Shown: positions 28,920-39,368, counted from the stretch's first letter. The stretch is 64,000 nucleotides of DNA from an uncultured Acidobacteriota bacterium (GCA_964647625.1 CAZYHZ010000009.1:16056-80055), one strand, 5' to 3'. The notes: generated by a model from the letters alone, not told the origin. Numbers and translations: made by a program.

Positions 28920-29044
28920 GACGTCTCCTCCAGGATCCGTTTCCGATACCTTACCAGAGGCGGCCTTTCCCGGCCCAGCGGGGCGGCGCGTGACAATCGG
29001 TGCCCCCGAACCTAAATTCGCCGAGGCTCTCGGGGGAAGGTGTC

Positions 29045-30091
29045 GTGGCGCAGGTCCTGCTGATCGGAGACGACAGGGAACGCACTCGCGGCGTCAAGGA
29101 TCTCCTGGCGCTCGACGGGCATCGGGTCGAGGTGGCGCGGGACCTCGCGCGCTGGCGCGAGAACGAGCGCGCGTTGGCTCCGGACCTCGTGGTGGCCGCC
29201 CTCGCCGAGCCCGCGCAGCTCCTGAACGCGGCCACTCCCGCCTCGCGGGGATTCGCGCCGCCGATCCTGTTCGTGCATTCCGAATCCGACCCCGAAGAGG
29301 CCGCGCATCTCGACGAGCGGCTCATCGACCGTATCGTCAGCCCGTTCGCGGCAGAAGATCTTCTGGCCCGCGTGGACGCTCTGGTTCGGGTTCGCCGCGT
29401 CGTGCTGCACTCGAAGCGTGCCGACACCGCCGAGGACGACGAGGCGCCGGTCCAAGGATTCCGGGGGACGCTGGCGTCTTGGCTTCGCTCGCGGGTCCCG
29501 CGCCTTCAGAAGCCCGTCTCCCCCTATCTCGAGGTCGCCGCGCGCGTCGCGGAATGGTCCGACCGGCGCGATGGGTTCGAGCCGGGACACGCCGAGCGGG
29601 TGACGCAATTTTCCGCGCTGATCGCCGAGCAGCTCGATCTGCCCGACGGGGAGACCGCATCCCTGCTCCGGGCGGCGATGCTCCACGACATCGGCAAGGT
29701 GGCCCTGCCGATCGACGTCCTTCGCCAGAAGTCGCCGCTCGCCGACAACCAGATGCGGCTCGTCCGCACCCACGCTGAGCGCGGGGCCGCGATCGTTCGT
29801 GCGCTCGATCGCGACGACGACGCGGCCGAGACGATCCTCCTCCACCACGAGCACGTCGATGGGTCCGGCTACCACGGCCGGAAGGGGAACGAGATCTCGA
29901 GGCCGGCGCGCGTGCTGGCGGTCGCCGAAGGCTACGACGCGATGACGACCTCGCTCGTACGCAATCGAATGACGCCGGACGCCGCACGGGAGACGATGCG
30001 CAACTTGCGCGGAACGCAGTGGGACGGCGATTGCGTCAACGCGCTGATCCACGCGATGAAGCCGAAGCGCACCACCATCGCGTTGGCGTAG
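29045..30091 (+). CDS. Pseudo-receiver plus HD-GYP-like protein
   Basis: Receiver-like N-terminus; GHAERV, LHDIGK and HHEHVDGSGY motifs. GTG start after GGGGAAGG is inferred. Confidence 0.8.
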   Translation: MAQVLLIGDDRERTRGVKDLLALDGHRVEVARDLARWRENERALAPDLVVAALAEPAQLLNAATPASRGFAPPILFVHSESDPEEAAHLDERLIDRIVSPFAAEDLLARVDALVRVRRVVLHSKRADTAEDDEAPVQGFRGTLASWLRSRVPRLQKPVSPYLEVAARVAEWSDRRDGFEPGHAERVTQFSALIAEQLDLPDGETASLLRAAMLHDIGKVALPIDVLRQKSPLADNQMRLVRTHAERGAAIVRALDRDDDAAETILLHHEHVDGSGYHGRKGNEISRPARVLAVAEGYDAMTTSLVRNRMTPDAARETMRNLRGTQWDGDCVNALIHAMKPKRTTIALA

Positions 30092-30306
30092 GGGACAGTC
30101 CCCTTTTACTTACAAATTCAATTCACCTAGAGATGAGTGTCACTCACGGCACGCTCCGCGTTGCGCGGCGTGAATCGCCGCGCCGCGGTCGCTCCGCCGT
30201 CCGAGCGGCCTCTTGGGGATGAACCGGCCGCTCTCCCAGAGGGCCGCTCCGCGACACTCATCTCTCGGTCGAATTGAATTTGTAAGAAAAAGGGGACTGT
30301 CCCCTA
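30089..30306. mobile_element. REPIN/MITE-like element with about 53 bp terminal inverted repeats
   Basis: 30089-30141 matches the reverse complement of 30253-30306 except for a few bases; TA at both outer ends; 111 bp spacer with an internal hairpin. Confidence 0.7.
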
Positions 30307-30314
30307 TGTGGCAC

Positions 30315-30337
30315 TCGACTCTCAACTCTCGACTGTC
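30315..30337. repeat. Short GACTCTC heptamer run
   Basis: CTC GACTCTC AACTCTC GACTGT, overlapping the TerC stop codon. Confidence 0.6.
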
Positions 30338-31260
30338 TTCTCCGGAATCGCGAGCGACGCGACGATCGAGGCGGCGAGGGTGCCGGCCACGAGCAGCAGC
30401 GTGAGCTCGGTCGAGATGTGGATGAACCGCTCGAACAGCATGCGCGCGCCGATGAACACGAGGATCAGCGACAGCCCGAGATTCAGGAATCGGAACTTCG
30501 GCAGGATCGCGGCGAGCAGGAAGTAGAGCACGCGCATGCCGAGAATGGCGAATGCGTTCGAGGTGTAGAGGATCCACGGGTCGCGCGTGATCCCCAGGAT
30601 CGCCGGCAGCGAGTCGAGCGCGAACACGAAGTCGGTCGTCGCGACGACGATGAACACGATGAGCATCGTCGTCCCGTGCCAGCGTCCGCCGATCTGGACG
30701 AACATGCGATCCGTATCGGCGCCGGCGTCGATCGGGATGACCTTTCCCACGAGCCTCACGACCGGATTCCGGTTCGGGTCGGGCGCTTCCTGCTTGTGCT
30801 TCACGACCAGCATCACGCCGGTGTAGACGAGGAACGCCCCGAAGAACAGGAGCAGGAAGTGGAAGCGCGTCACGAGGGCCGCGCCCGCGAGGATGAACAC
30901 GGCGCGCATCAGGAGCGCGCCGAGGATCCCCCAGAACAAGACGCGCGCCTGGCTCGCTTCCGAGATCGCGAAGTACTTGAAGACCAGGACGAAGACGAAG
31001 ATGTTGTCGATGGACAGGGCCCGCTCGACGACGTAGCCGGTCAGGTATTCCGCGGCGGGCTGGCGTCCGAAGGCCACGTGGACGACGCCGGTGAAGGCGA
31101 CCCCGAGCAGGATCCACGCGACGTTCCAGATCACCGCTTCCTTGATGCCGACCCTGTGCTTGCGTCCCGACACGACGCCGAAATCGACGGCCAGGCAGAC
31201 GGCGAGGAAGACGTTGAACGCGAGCCAAGGAGTGAGGCCGTGGGTGCCGAAGATCTCCAC
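30322..31260 (-). CDS. TerC/Alx family membrane protein
   Basis: YLTGYVVERALSIDNIFVF, LFWGILGAL and TDFVFALDS.PAILG motifs. Confidence 0.92.
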   Translation of the reverse strand: MEIFGTHGLTPWLAFNVFLAVCLAVDFGVVSGRKHRVGIKEAVIWNVAWILLGVAFTGVVHVAFGRQPAAEYLTGYVVERALSIDNIFVFVLVFKYFAISEASQARVLFWGILGALLMRAVFILAGAALVTRFHFLLLFFGAFLVYTGVMLVVKHKQEAPDPNRNPVVRLVGKVIPIDAGADTDRMFVQIGGRWHGTTMLIVFIVVATTDFVFALDSLPAILGITRDPWILYTSNAFAILGMRVLYFLLAAILPKFRFLNLGLSLILVFIGARMLFERFIHISTELTLLLVAGTLAASIVASLAIPEKTVES

Positions 31261-31261
31261 C

Positions 31262-32308
31262 CTAGGCCTCCTTCGCTCCCGCCCGCTCGAGACCGAGCGC
31301 CGTGACGCGCGCGATCAGGTCGTTGTAGACGATCCCCGTCTTCGCGGCGGCCTCCGCGATGTCCTCGCCTTGCGCGATTTCGGGGTTCGGGTTGGCCTCG
31401 ACGACGACGAGCTTCCCTTCGTCGGTGACCCGGAGGTCGATCCGGCCGAACCCGCGCATCTGGAGCGCCCGGAACACCCGCTTGGCGACGGTGGCGATCG
31501 ACCGCTGGAGCGGCTCCGACAGATCGTCCGGGAACGTGGAGAAGATCCCCCAGCGCTCGCGGTAGCCTTCGTCCCACTTCGCCTTGAAGCTGGCGAACTT
31601 GGGCTCGCCCTCCGGGACCTTGGAGAACTTGAGCTCGCGCGGCGGCAGCACCTTGAGGCGATCGTTCCCCACGACCCCGACGTAGATCTCGCGCCCCGTC
31701 ACGTAGCGCTCGATGATGACGTCCTGCTTGAGCCGCTCGTGAAGGTAGTTCGCTCGCGCCAGCGCCTGCTCTTCTGTTTCCGCGAAGGAGTCGCGCGAGA
31801 TCCCGACGCTGCCTTCCTCGGCCAGAGGCTTGACCATGACGGGAAACATCGTCTTCTGGAGGCGCTTCATCGGCTGGCTCAGCCGGCTGACCACGAACGC
31901 GGGGACGGGGATCCGGTGGTGCTTCAGGATTTCCTTCGAGAGCGCCTTGTCCTGGCAGAGCATCAGCGCCCGATGCCCGCACCCGGTGTAGGGAACGCGG
32001 CACAGCTCGAGCACGCCGGCGATGTGGCTCTCGAAGTAGCGCGTGCCGTGAAACGTCTGGACGAAGTTCCAGACGAGGTCGGGCTGAATGCGCTCGACGA
32101 GGTCGATGACGTCCCGCGGGTTCTTGTAGAGGGCCCCGAGATGCACCTCGTGTCCGAGCGACTTCAAGGCCGTGACGACGTGGCCTTCCGTGCGCCAGTC
32201 CGACTGCTCCTTCATCCGCCGCTCGTACTCCTCGTCGGGGGCGGGCGGATCGTGCACCTCGAACAGGACCAGGATGCGGAGGCGCTCCTTGTGCTTGGGC
32301 TTCTTCAT
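31262..32308 (-). CDS. Ddl-like ATP-grasp ligase of unknown substrate
   Basis: PYTG, DKALSK, FPVMVKP..EEGSVGI, GRIDLR and EANPNP motifs. No GG.S.E-type Ddl N-terminal motif. Confidence 0.85.
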   Translation of the reverse strand: MKKPKHKERLRILVLFEVHDPPAPDEEYERRMKEQSDWRTEGHVVTALKSLGHEVHLGALYKNPRDVIDLVERIQPDLVWNFVQTFHGTRYFESHIAGVLELCRVPYTGCGHRALMLCQDKALSKEILKHHRIPVPAFVVSRLSQPMKRLQKTMFPVMVKPLAEEGSVGISRDSFAETEEQALARANYLHERLKQDVIIERYVTGREIYVGVVGNDRLKVLPPRELKFSKVPEGEPKFASFKAKWDEGYRERWGIFSTFPDDLSEPLQRSIATVAKRVFRALQMRGFGRIDLRVTDEGKLVVVEANPNPEIAQGEDIAEAAAKTGIVYNDLIARVTALGLERAGAKEA

Positions 32309-33339
32309 GGACCGGTCACTCGATAGCTGTGCGTCCGCAGCCGGTTGACGATGAGCGTGGTCGCGAACGTCGAGAATTTCACGAGGGTGCGCTCCTCCGT
32401 CTCGCGAAGCACCAGCCGCTGGTTCGTGCACACCTGGGCCAGGCTGGCCACGACCCGGGAGACCTGCTGCCGCCTCTCGCCCGACCAGCCGGAGATCGAC
32501 TCGACGAGCGAGCGCTTGTGCGCGCGGATGAAATCCGACGCCTGGCCTTCGGGGCTGGCGGCGCGCGAGACCCGGAAGATCTGCTTCAACGCCTTCTCGG
32601 TCGCCTGCGGGTCGGCCAGCGGGAAGAGCCGGAGCTTCCTCTCGTAATAGCTCGAGAGCGTCGACTGGATCGTGCGCGCCTCGGGGCCGAGCTTGGGCTT
32701 CCGCCGCGGCACCGGGCGGCGCTTGACCTCGCGCATCAGCCGGTCGACGTAGCGCAGCTTCTTCAAAGCCGGGCGGCCCGCGTACCGGTCGCGCCAGGCG
32801 GACGCCGGGTTGAGCCACACCGCGAACGTCTCGGCGAAATCCTCGACCGGGTGCGCCTGCGCATACTGGTCCGGGACGTTCTCGACGAACGCGCGGCTTT
32901 CGGGGTCGATCTCGTAGTAGTACGGCTGGTAGCGCGCCCGCGGGGACCCGAACACTTCCTTCCATTCGTCCCGCCGCGACAGGCGGTACGCGTGGTCGAA
33001 CGCGTGTCCGGCCTCGTGGCGGAGGAGCTTCATGCACCACGCGGCGCTTCCGCCCTCGACCTCGAACATCATCCGGTTCTCGAGGGCCTTGAGCCGGGGG
33101 TGCGCGAGGAAGAACGGAATGCCGATCGCCGCCTGGTCGCCGGGGGAGAGCCATTCGTCCGAGAGGAAGCACCGAGGCATGAGCTTCAGGCCCTTCGCGA
33201 GAAGCTCCCGCTCGAGCTGCCTGATGCGCACGGCGAGGACGGTGCCCTCGATGCGGACGTTGAGGTCGCAGATCCGGTGGTGGAGCAGTTCGTCGTCCGA
33301 GAGCGCTTCCCACGCGACTTTCGGCTTTCGGGTGACCAG
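32305..33339 (-). CDS. Putative zinc-binding metallopeptidase (Peptidase_Mx-like), inferred CTG start
   Basis: LRHEAGHAFDH and EDFAETF motifs. The frame stays open upstream of GTG 33231 through WEALSDDELLHHRICDL to a CTG at 33339, 6 nt after AAGGAG. Confidence 0.8.
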   Translation of the reverse strand: MVTRKPKVAWEALSDDELLHHRICDLNVRIEGTVLAVRIRQLERELLAKGLKLMPRCFLSDEWLSPGDQAAIGIPFFLAHPRLKALENRMMFEVEGGSAAWCMKLLRHEAGHAFDHAYRLSRRDEWKEVFGSPRARYQPYYYEIDPESRAFVENVPDQYAQAHPVEDFAETFAVWLNPASAWRDRYAGRPALKKLRYVDRLMREVKRRPVPRRKPKLGPEARTIQSTLSSYYERKLRLFPLADPQATEKALKQIFRVSRAASPEGQASDFIRAHKRSLVESISGWSGERRQQVSRVVASLAQVCTNQRLVLRETEERTLVKFSTFATTLIVNRLRTHSYRVTGP

Positions 33340-33394
33340 GACGCGCTCCTTGGCCGGATCGAGGACCCTCTCCGGCGAACCGGGGATGCTAACA

Positions 33395-33442
33395 CCCTTC
33401 GGCTTAGCTCAGGGCGGCCCGTCGACGGGCTCAGGGCAGGCG
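33395..33442 (+). repeat. Two degenerate tandem CCCTTCG...GCTCAGGGC-type REP-like units
   Basis: CCCTTCGGCTTAGCTCAGGGCGGC followed by CCGTCGACGGGCTCAGGGCAGGCG. Confidence 0.5.
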
Positions 33443-35587
33443 CCGGGTCAACGCATCCGTCAGCGCGGACGCCTCGACGAGGGGCGGGCCGCAGACGCGG
33501 TTCCGACAGACGTACGCAGTCGGCTTCCCGCCTGCGAGCGTCTTGCCCGCGAGCAGGGGGAGATCGCTTCCGCCCTGAGCCGGGTCGAGAAACGCGAGCG
33601 CCCGCGCCGGGAGGTAGCGCGCTCGCGCGGCCGCCAGCAGGCGAGCGGTCGCCGCGGCTTCCTTGGGGCCGACGATCGTGATCTCGAACGGCTCCGAAGG
33701 GTCGGCGTACGCCGAGGCATTGAGCAAAGTCGCGAATGCCGACGGCGCGCGCTCGGCCATCGGCCGCAGGGCCGCCAAGGCACCGAGGCCCGCATCGCGC
33801 AGGGCGGCGTCGTCGAGATGGGCGGCAAGGCGAAGGCACGCTTCGACCGCCACCGCCGAGCCCGCGGGGATGGCGCCGTCGTAGGTGCTTCGCGTGCGCG
33901 CGAGCAGAGCCTCGTGGTCGTCCGAGGTGAAATGGAATCCGCCGTGTCCGTCGCCGAACCTCTGGAGCATCGTCCGCGCCAGGGCCGCCGCGCGATCGAG
34001 GTCGCGCCGGTCGAAGCCGGCCTCGTACAGGTCGACGAGCCCGCGCGACAGGAACGCGTAGTCGTCGAGGTACGCGTTCAGGTGCGCTTGCCCGGCACGG
34101 TAGGACACGAGCAGCCGGCCGTCGCGCATCGCATGGGCGAGGACGAAATCCGCGGCACGGCGTGCCGACGTCAAATCGTCCGGCCGGCCGAACGCCTCGT
34201 AGCCCTTGGCGAACGCCGAGATCATCAAGCCGTTCCAGCTCGTGAGGATCTTGTCGTCGGTCGCCGGGTGCTCCCGCTTCCCGCGCGCGGCGAGGAGCTT
34301 CGGCTTGATCGCGGCGAGCTTCTTGACCAGCGCGTCCTCGGTGGAGCCATCGGCCTTGGCGCGATCCGCGAGCGTCGCCGCGAGGAGGTTCGGGATGCTC
34401 TTCCCTTCGAAGTTCCCATCCGCGGTGACGCCGAACACGCCGGCGAACCACGCAGCGTCGGCGGGGCCGAGCGCCGCGGTCAGCTCGGCCGGCGTCCAGA
34501 CGTAGAACGCGCCTTCGTGCCCTTCGCTGTCGGCGTCGAGCGACGCGTACAGGCCGCCGTCCTGGGAGGTCATCTCGCGGCGGACGAAATCGAGCGTGTC
34601 CTCGACGACCCGTCGATACACGGGGCGTCCCGTCACGCGCCACGCATCGACGTACACCGGAACCAGGAGCGCCTGGTCGTAGAGCATCTTCTCGAAATGC
34701 GGGACCAGCCACTTGCGATCGGTCGAGTAGCGCGCGAAGCCCCCGCCGACGTGGTCGTACATTCCGCCGCGCGCCATGGCGTCGAGAGTCGTCGTGACCA
34801 TGTTCAGAGTCTTGGCCTCGTGGCTTCCCGCGTGCGCCCGCAGAAGCAGCGCGAGCGAAGCGTGCGGCGGAAACTTCGGCGCCGGCGAGAACCCGCCGAA
34901 GCTCGCGTCGAACCGTGAGGCCAGGTCTTTGACCGCGGCAGCCGTCTGCTTGGCGCCCGCGCGCTCCGGGCCGGGAGACGAGAGGGGAGCGGAGGCCGCC
35001 GCGATGCGCGAGGCGATCTCGGTGGCGGCGGCATCGATCTCGTCGTGTCGCGACGCCCAAGCATCCCGGACCGCGCTCAAGACAGCGGGAAAGCTCGCGC
35101 GGCCCATGCGATCGTCCGGAGGGAAATACGTCCCGCCGTAGAACGGCCGCCCGTCCGGGGTGAGGAACACGTTCAGCGGCCAGCCGCCTTGCCCCGTCAA
35201 GGATTGCACCGCGGTCATGTAGATGTCGTCGAGGTCGGGCCGCTCCTCGCGATCGACTTTGATGGCCACGAACGATGCGTTGAGAAGCGCGGCGATGGCC
35301 TCGTTCTCGAAGGACTCGTGCTCCATCACGTGGCACCAGTGGCACGCGGCGTAGCCGATCGACAGGAAGATCGGCTTGTTCTCGGCCTTGGCCTTCGCGA
35401 GAGCCTGCTCGCCCCAGGGGTACCAATCGACCGGGTTGAACTGGTGCTGCAGCAGATACGGGCTGGTCTGGCCGGCGAGATGGTTGGCATGCATCGGCTC
35501 GTCCTCGTGCGCCGGGACGCGCGGGTCGTTGCGGGACAATCCCATCATGAGCGTCAGAGCTGCCGCCAGCGCGCGGCCCGGGCTCAC
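33431..35587 (-). CDS. YyaL/SSP411-type thioredoxin plus (alpha/alpha)6-barrel protein
   Basis: [45 protein letters not shown] and YLDDYA motifs; GTGA overlap start inferred. Confidence 0.92.
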   Translation of the reverse strand: MSPGRALAAALTLMMGLSRNDPRVPAHEDEPMHANHLAGQTSPYLLQHQFNPVDWYPWGEQALAKAKAENKPIFLSIGYAACHWCHVMEHESFENEAIAALLNASFVAIKVDREERPDLDDIYMTAVQSLTGQGGWPLNVFLTPDGRPFYGGTYFPPDDRMGRASFPAVLSAVRDAWASRHDEIDAAATEIASRIAAASAPLSSPGPERAGAKQTAAAVKDLASRFDASFGGFSPAPKFPPHASLALLLRAHAGSHEAKTLNMVTTTLDAMARGGMYDHVGGGFARYSTDRKWLVPHFEKMLYDQALLVPVYVDAWRVTGRPVYRRVVEDTLDFVRREMTSQDGGLYASLDADSEGHEGAFYVWTPAELTAALGPADAAWFAGVFGVTADGNFEGKSIPNLLAATLADRAKADGSTEDALVKKLAAIKPKLLAARGKREHPATDDKILTSWNGLMISAFAKGYEAFGRPDDLTSARRAADFVLAHAMRDGRLLVSYRAGQAHLNAYLDDYAFLSRGLVDLYEAGFDRRDLDRAAALARTMLQRFGDGHGGFHFTSDDHEALLARTRSTYDGAIPAGSAVAVEACLRLAAHLDDAALRDAGLGALAALRPMAERAPSAFATLLNASAYADPSEPFEITIVGPKEAAATARLLAAARARYLPARALAFLDPAQGGSDLPLLAGKTLAGGKPTAYVCRNRVCGPPLVEASALTDALTRRLP

Positions 35588-37677
35588 GACCCGCTCGCCC
35601 CCGCGGCGGGCGCGGGCGCGGCCTCGGGTTCGGGCACGACGAGCGGCCGTTCGGCTCGGGCGAGCTGCTGACCATCGGACGTGACTGCGATGACGAATCG
35701 ATAGCGGCCCGGGCCCAGCGTCTTCGGCGGGATGAGATCGAGGACCTGCGCGCATCGGTCTCCGGCCATCTCGATGACCGTGGTTCCCACGGGGGTCTCG
35801 GTTTCACCCACCAAGGTTCGCGCCACGGACAGCGGCCGTTTCTGATCCTTGGCACGGCAGACGAGCGCGATGACCGCCGTCGGCTCCTCGGGCCGGAGCA
35901 GATCCCCGTCGCCGATGACGACCGCTCCTTGGGTTTGGGATTGCCCGTTCTTCAGGAACCCGCCGGCGCGCGGCTGGCTCACGGCGATCGGCGCGAGCGT
36001 GACGGGCTCCGCGTCGATCTTCGGCCACGTTCCGTGAACTTCCTTGGAGAGCACGGTGTCCGTTTGCGTCTCGTGGGCGACCGCGACGAGGTCGTAGTCG
36101 CCCGGTGCGAAAGTCATGTCCTTTTCGAACACGACCGGGGTTTCGGGGGTGGTGAGCTGGATCCGCCCGGAGCCGTCTTGCCACACGACGCCCTTGGAGA
36201 CGACGGAGGCGCCGACGTCCCACACGGTCGTCGGGACCTTGCTCCCCCCGAGCGACACCTGGACGCGCGCCTTGAACGAGCCCCCGTCGTACGCGATCGG
36301 CACCACCCCGACCTTCAGGCTCGACGAGGCCGCATCCGGCTGCGTGGATGCCGTCGCGAACGCGGAGAGGAGCCGCCCCGTCAGCCGCGTCGCGTCGCTC
36401 TGAATGACGAGCCGCCCGCGGACGGTCGTCTTGACCTTGCGGTCCGTGACCTTGACGGAGACGGTCAGCGGCTTGTCCTGCGCGAACCCCGCAGGGTCGA
36501 AGCTCAGCAGGTACATGCACGACAGGTCGCCCAGGATCTGTCCCGCCATGCGCGACGGCGAAACGCCGTTCAGGAACGCCCGCCCGCCGGTCTCGGCCGC
36601 GATCGAGGTCATCGTGCCCTGCGAGTCGCGGATCCTCTGCGAGTTGAGCTGCGTCGACGGCGCGTTCCCGGCGATGGTCCCGTTATTCCGCGACTGGGAC
36701 ATCGAGCTTCCGCCGGCGATCCCTTCGCCTTCGACCGTATAGAAGCGGATCCCGAGGCCCGCGGCTTCGTTGATCACCCGGTCGAGCGGAAGCGCCCCCG
36801 TGGCGGCGTCCGTCAAGATCGCATCCGCATCCGCCATGGGTTTCCCGTTCGCATCCTTCGTCCTCGTGTCGTTGAAGAAGGAGAGATAGTGTTCCCCCGC
36901 GTTCTGCCTCATGCTGTCGGCGAAATAGAGAACCGCTTTCGGAGGATCGACGTCGGTCAGACGGCCCAGCACCATGCTCAGGCGGCGAAGCTCTTGCTCC
37001 TGCCGCCAGCGCTCCTCGGCGGCGTAGCGGCGCGCCAGCATCATCGCGAAATCGACTCCGCGATCCATCTCGAGGACGACCTCGTGCAGCCGGTTGTCCT
37101 CCGTCGCCGTATAGACGTCGAACGTCGAGCCGTCGTTCACCAAGGCATCGAGGGCCTTTTCAAGGGCGGCCGCGTCCGCGGTCAGCGGCACGATCGTCTT
37201 GAGCTCGGCGGCAGACGCGACGAGCATCGCGCGATTGCCGCCGGTCATCAGCTTGGGAACGACATCGCGAGCCGCGGCGATCGCGCCCTGCCGTCCGGAT
37301 TGCGTCAGGTGCACCATGTCGAAATAGAAAAGGAACGTTGCCGGGACGGATTTCGGCGCCGCGGACGCAGGCGTTGCCGGCTCGGCCTCGGGAGCGCCTT
37401 TGGCCTTGTGCGCGGGAGGCGGAGGCTGCGCGGCGACGCAGAGATCGTCGACGAACAGCTTCGGCACGATCTTGTCGTTGAGACGGACCTCGAAATCGCC
37501 GGCGGTCAACCCTTCGATCGCGTCTTTGGCGCCCTCGACGGTGACGTCGATCTGCGCCAGCCGCGACGACGCCTTCTCGGTCAGCCCGAGATCGCGCGGG
37601 GGCGGGGAAGGATCGGCCGCCAGGATGAAGCCTGCGACCAGCGCTCCGGCCATCGCGGCAAGGGCGCGGGGTCTCAC
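35584..37677 (-). CDS. Secreted Acidobacterial-type VWA-related protein
   Basis: Signal-like start, IDVTV, FYFD, PKAVLYF, IAAETGG and YLLSF motifs; GTGA overlap start inferred. Confidence 0.7.
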   Translation of the reverse strand: MRPRALAAMAGALVAGFILAADPSPPPRDLGLTEKASSRLAQIDVTVEGAKDAIEGLTAGDFEVRLNDKIVPKLFVDDLCVAAQPPPPAHKAKGAPEAEPATPASAAPKSVPATFLFYFDMVHLTQSGRQGAIAAARDVVPKLMTGGNRAMLVASAAELKTIVPLTADAAALEKALDALVNDGSTFDVYTATEDNRLHEVVLEMDRGVDFAMMLARRYAAEERWRQEQELRRLSMVLGRLTDVDPPKAVLYFADSMRQNAGEHYLSFFNDTRTKDANGKPMADADAILTDAATGALPLDRVINEAAGLGIRFYTVEGEGIAGGSSMSQSRNNGTIAGNAPSTQLNSQRIRDSQGTMTSIAAETGGRAFLNGVSPSRMAGQILGDLSCMYLLSFDPAGFAQDKPLTVSVKVTDRKVKTTVRGRLVIQSDATRLTGRLLSAFATASTQPDAASSSLKVGVVPIAYDGGSFKARVQVSLGGSKVPTTVWDVGASVVSKGVVWQDGSGRIQLTTPETPVVFEKDMTFAPGDYDLVAVAHETQTDTVLSKEVHGTWPKIDAEPVTLAPIAVSQPRAGGFLKNGQSQTQGAVVIGDGDLLRPEEPTAVIALVCRAKDQKRPLSVARTLVGETETPVGTTVIEMAGDRCAQVLDLIPPKTLGPGRYRFVIAVTSDGQQLARAERPLVVPEPEAAPAPAAGASGS

Positions 37678-38462
37678 TGCGGATCGCTCCGCCGGTTCAC
37701 GTTGGTCGCGCTCGCCTGGTCCGTCGGCAGGACCACGCACTCCGCGAGGTTGACGTGCGGCGGACGCGTCGCCACGAAGACGATGATTTCGGCGACGTCG
37801 TCGGGGGACAGCGGCGTCATACCCTTGTAGACGGAATCGGCGCGCTCCGCATCCCCGTGAAAGCGGACGAGGCTGAACTCGGTGTTCGCGACCAGCCCGG
37901 GATCGACCGTGGCCACCCGGACCCCCGTTCCGAGGACGTCGAGCCTCAGCCCCTCGTTGATCGCGCGTACCGCGTGCTTTGAGGCGCAGTAGACGTTGCC
38001 GCCCGGGTAGAGCTGCCGTCCCGCAATCGACCCCAGGTGGATCACGATGCCGCGCCCGCGCGCCGTCATCAACGGAACGACGGCCCGGTCGACGTGCAGG
38101 ACTCCCTTGACGTTCGTGTCGATCATCTCGTTCCAGTCGTCGAGCGAGCCGTCTTGAAGCTTGTCGAGTCCGCGGGACAACCCGGCGTTGTTGACGAGGA
38201 CTTCGATCGCCTTCCAGGCTTCGGGCAGACCGGAGATCGCGCGCGCGACGGCGGAGGAGTCCCGCACGTCGAGTTCCATCAACCGGACGTCTTTGGCGCC
38301 GGCGGCACGCAGCGGCGATTCCATCGCCGTGAGCCGCGCAAGGCGCCGGGCCGCGAGCAGGAGCATGGCCCCTTCCTCGGCGAAGGCGCGTGCGCAGGCC
38401 GCTCCGATGCCGGAGCTTGCGCCCGTGATGAAGACGACCTGGCCGGACAGCCGCGCGCCCAT
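37674..38462 (-). CDS. SDR oxidoreductase (YdfG-like)
   Basis: TGASSGIG, NNAG and YCASK motifs. Confidence 0.92.
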   Translation of the reverse strand: MGARLSGQVVFITGASSGIGAACARAFAEEGAMLLLAARRLARLTAMESPLRAAGAKDVRLMELDVRDSSAVARAISGLPEAWKAIEVLVNNAGLSRGLDKLQDGSLDDWNEMIDTNVKGVLHVDRAVVPLMTARGRGIVIHLGSIAGRQLYPGGNVYCASKHAVRAINEGLRLDVLGTGVRVATVDPGLVANTEFSLVRFHGDAERADSVYKGMTPLSPDDVAEIIVFVATRPPHVNLAECVVLPTDQASATNVNRRSDPQ

Positions 38463-38567
38463 CGAGACTCCTTTACGCACCGGGACGAGCCAGGTTACCC
38501 CAGGACCACCCGATGCGCGTACCATGTGCGGGCCGCGAAGGGGTCAATTCCGAAGGAGGAGCGTTCG

Positions 38568-39368
38568 ATGTCTCACATGCACGAGGTCGACTACAAGATT
38601 TACGGGGACGATCTGCAGTACGTGGAGATCGAGCTCGATCCTGGCGAGGCGGCCGTCGCCGAAGCCGGCGGCATGATGTACATGGAAGACGGCGTCGCCA
38701 TGGAAACCATCTTCGGCGACGGATCGCGCCCGCAAAGCGGCTTCCTGGACGCTTTGGTCGGAGCGGGGAAGCGCCTCCTGACCGGCGAGTCGCTCTTCAT
38801 CACGGCATTTCTGAATCAAGTCTCCGGCAAGAAGAAGGTTGCGTTCGCGGCGCCGTACCCCGGGAAGATCATCCCGGTCAACCTCGCGGAGATCGGCGGA
38901 GAGCTGATCGCTCAGAAGGACGCGTTCCTGTGCGCGGCGAAGGGCGTCAGCCTCGGGATCGCGTTCCAGAAGAAGCTGGGCGTCGGATTCTTCGGCGGAG
39001 AAGGTTTCATCATGGAGCGCCTGCAGGGCGACGGCTGGTGTTTCATGAACGCCGGCGGGACCATCCATGAACGCGTGCTCGCTCCCGGCGAGCTGGTGCG
39101 CGTCGATACCGGCTGCATCGTCGCGTTCGCTCCGAGCGTGTCGTACGACATCGAGATGGTCAGCGGCATCAAGTCGATCCTGTTCGGCGGCGAGGGTCTC
39201 TTCTGGGCGACGCTGCGCGGGCCGGGAAAGGTGTGGCTCCAGTCTCTGCCGCTCTCGCGCATGGCGCAGCGCATCTACGCCGCCGCGCCGCAGGGCGGGG
39301 GACGCCAGCGGGAAGAAGGCTCGCTCTTGGGTGGACTCGGGCGGCTGCTGGACGGCGATAACAGCTAG
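38568..39368 (+). CDS. TIGR00266/AIM24 family protein
   Basis: AEAGGMMYM, GESLF, QKDAFLC, FFGGEGF and GPGKVWLQS motifs; AAGGAGGAG ribosome-binding site. Confidence 0.92.
   Translation: MSHMHEVDYKIYGDDLQYVEIELDPGEAAVAEAGGMMYMEDGVAMETIFGDGSRPQSGFLDALVGAGKRLLTGESLFITAFLNQVSGKKKVAFAAPYPGKIIPVNLAEIGGELIAQKDAFLCAAKGVSLGIAFQKKLGVGFFGGEGFIMERLQGDGWCFMNAGGTIHERVLAPGELVRVDTGCIVAFAPSVSYDIEMVSGIKSILFGGEGLFWATLRGPGKVWLQSLPLSRMAQRIYAAAPQGGGRQREEGSLLGGLGRLLDGDNS

Noticed and set aside
31262-32308. Calling the ATP-grasp gene ddl
   Set aside because: It lacks the Ddl N-terminal motif and has no cell-wall gene context.
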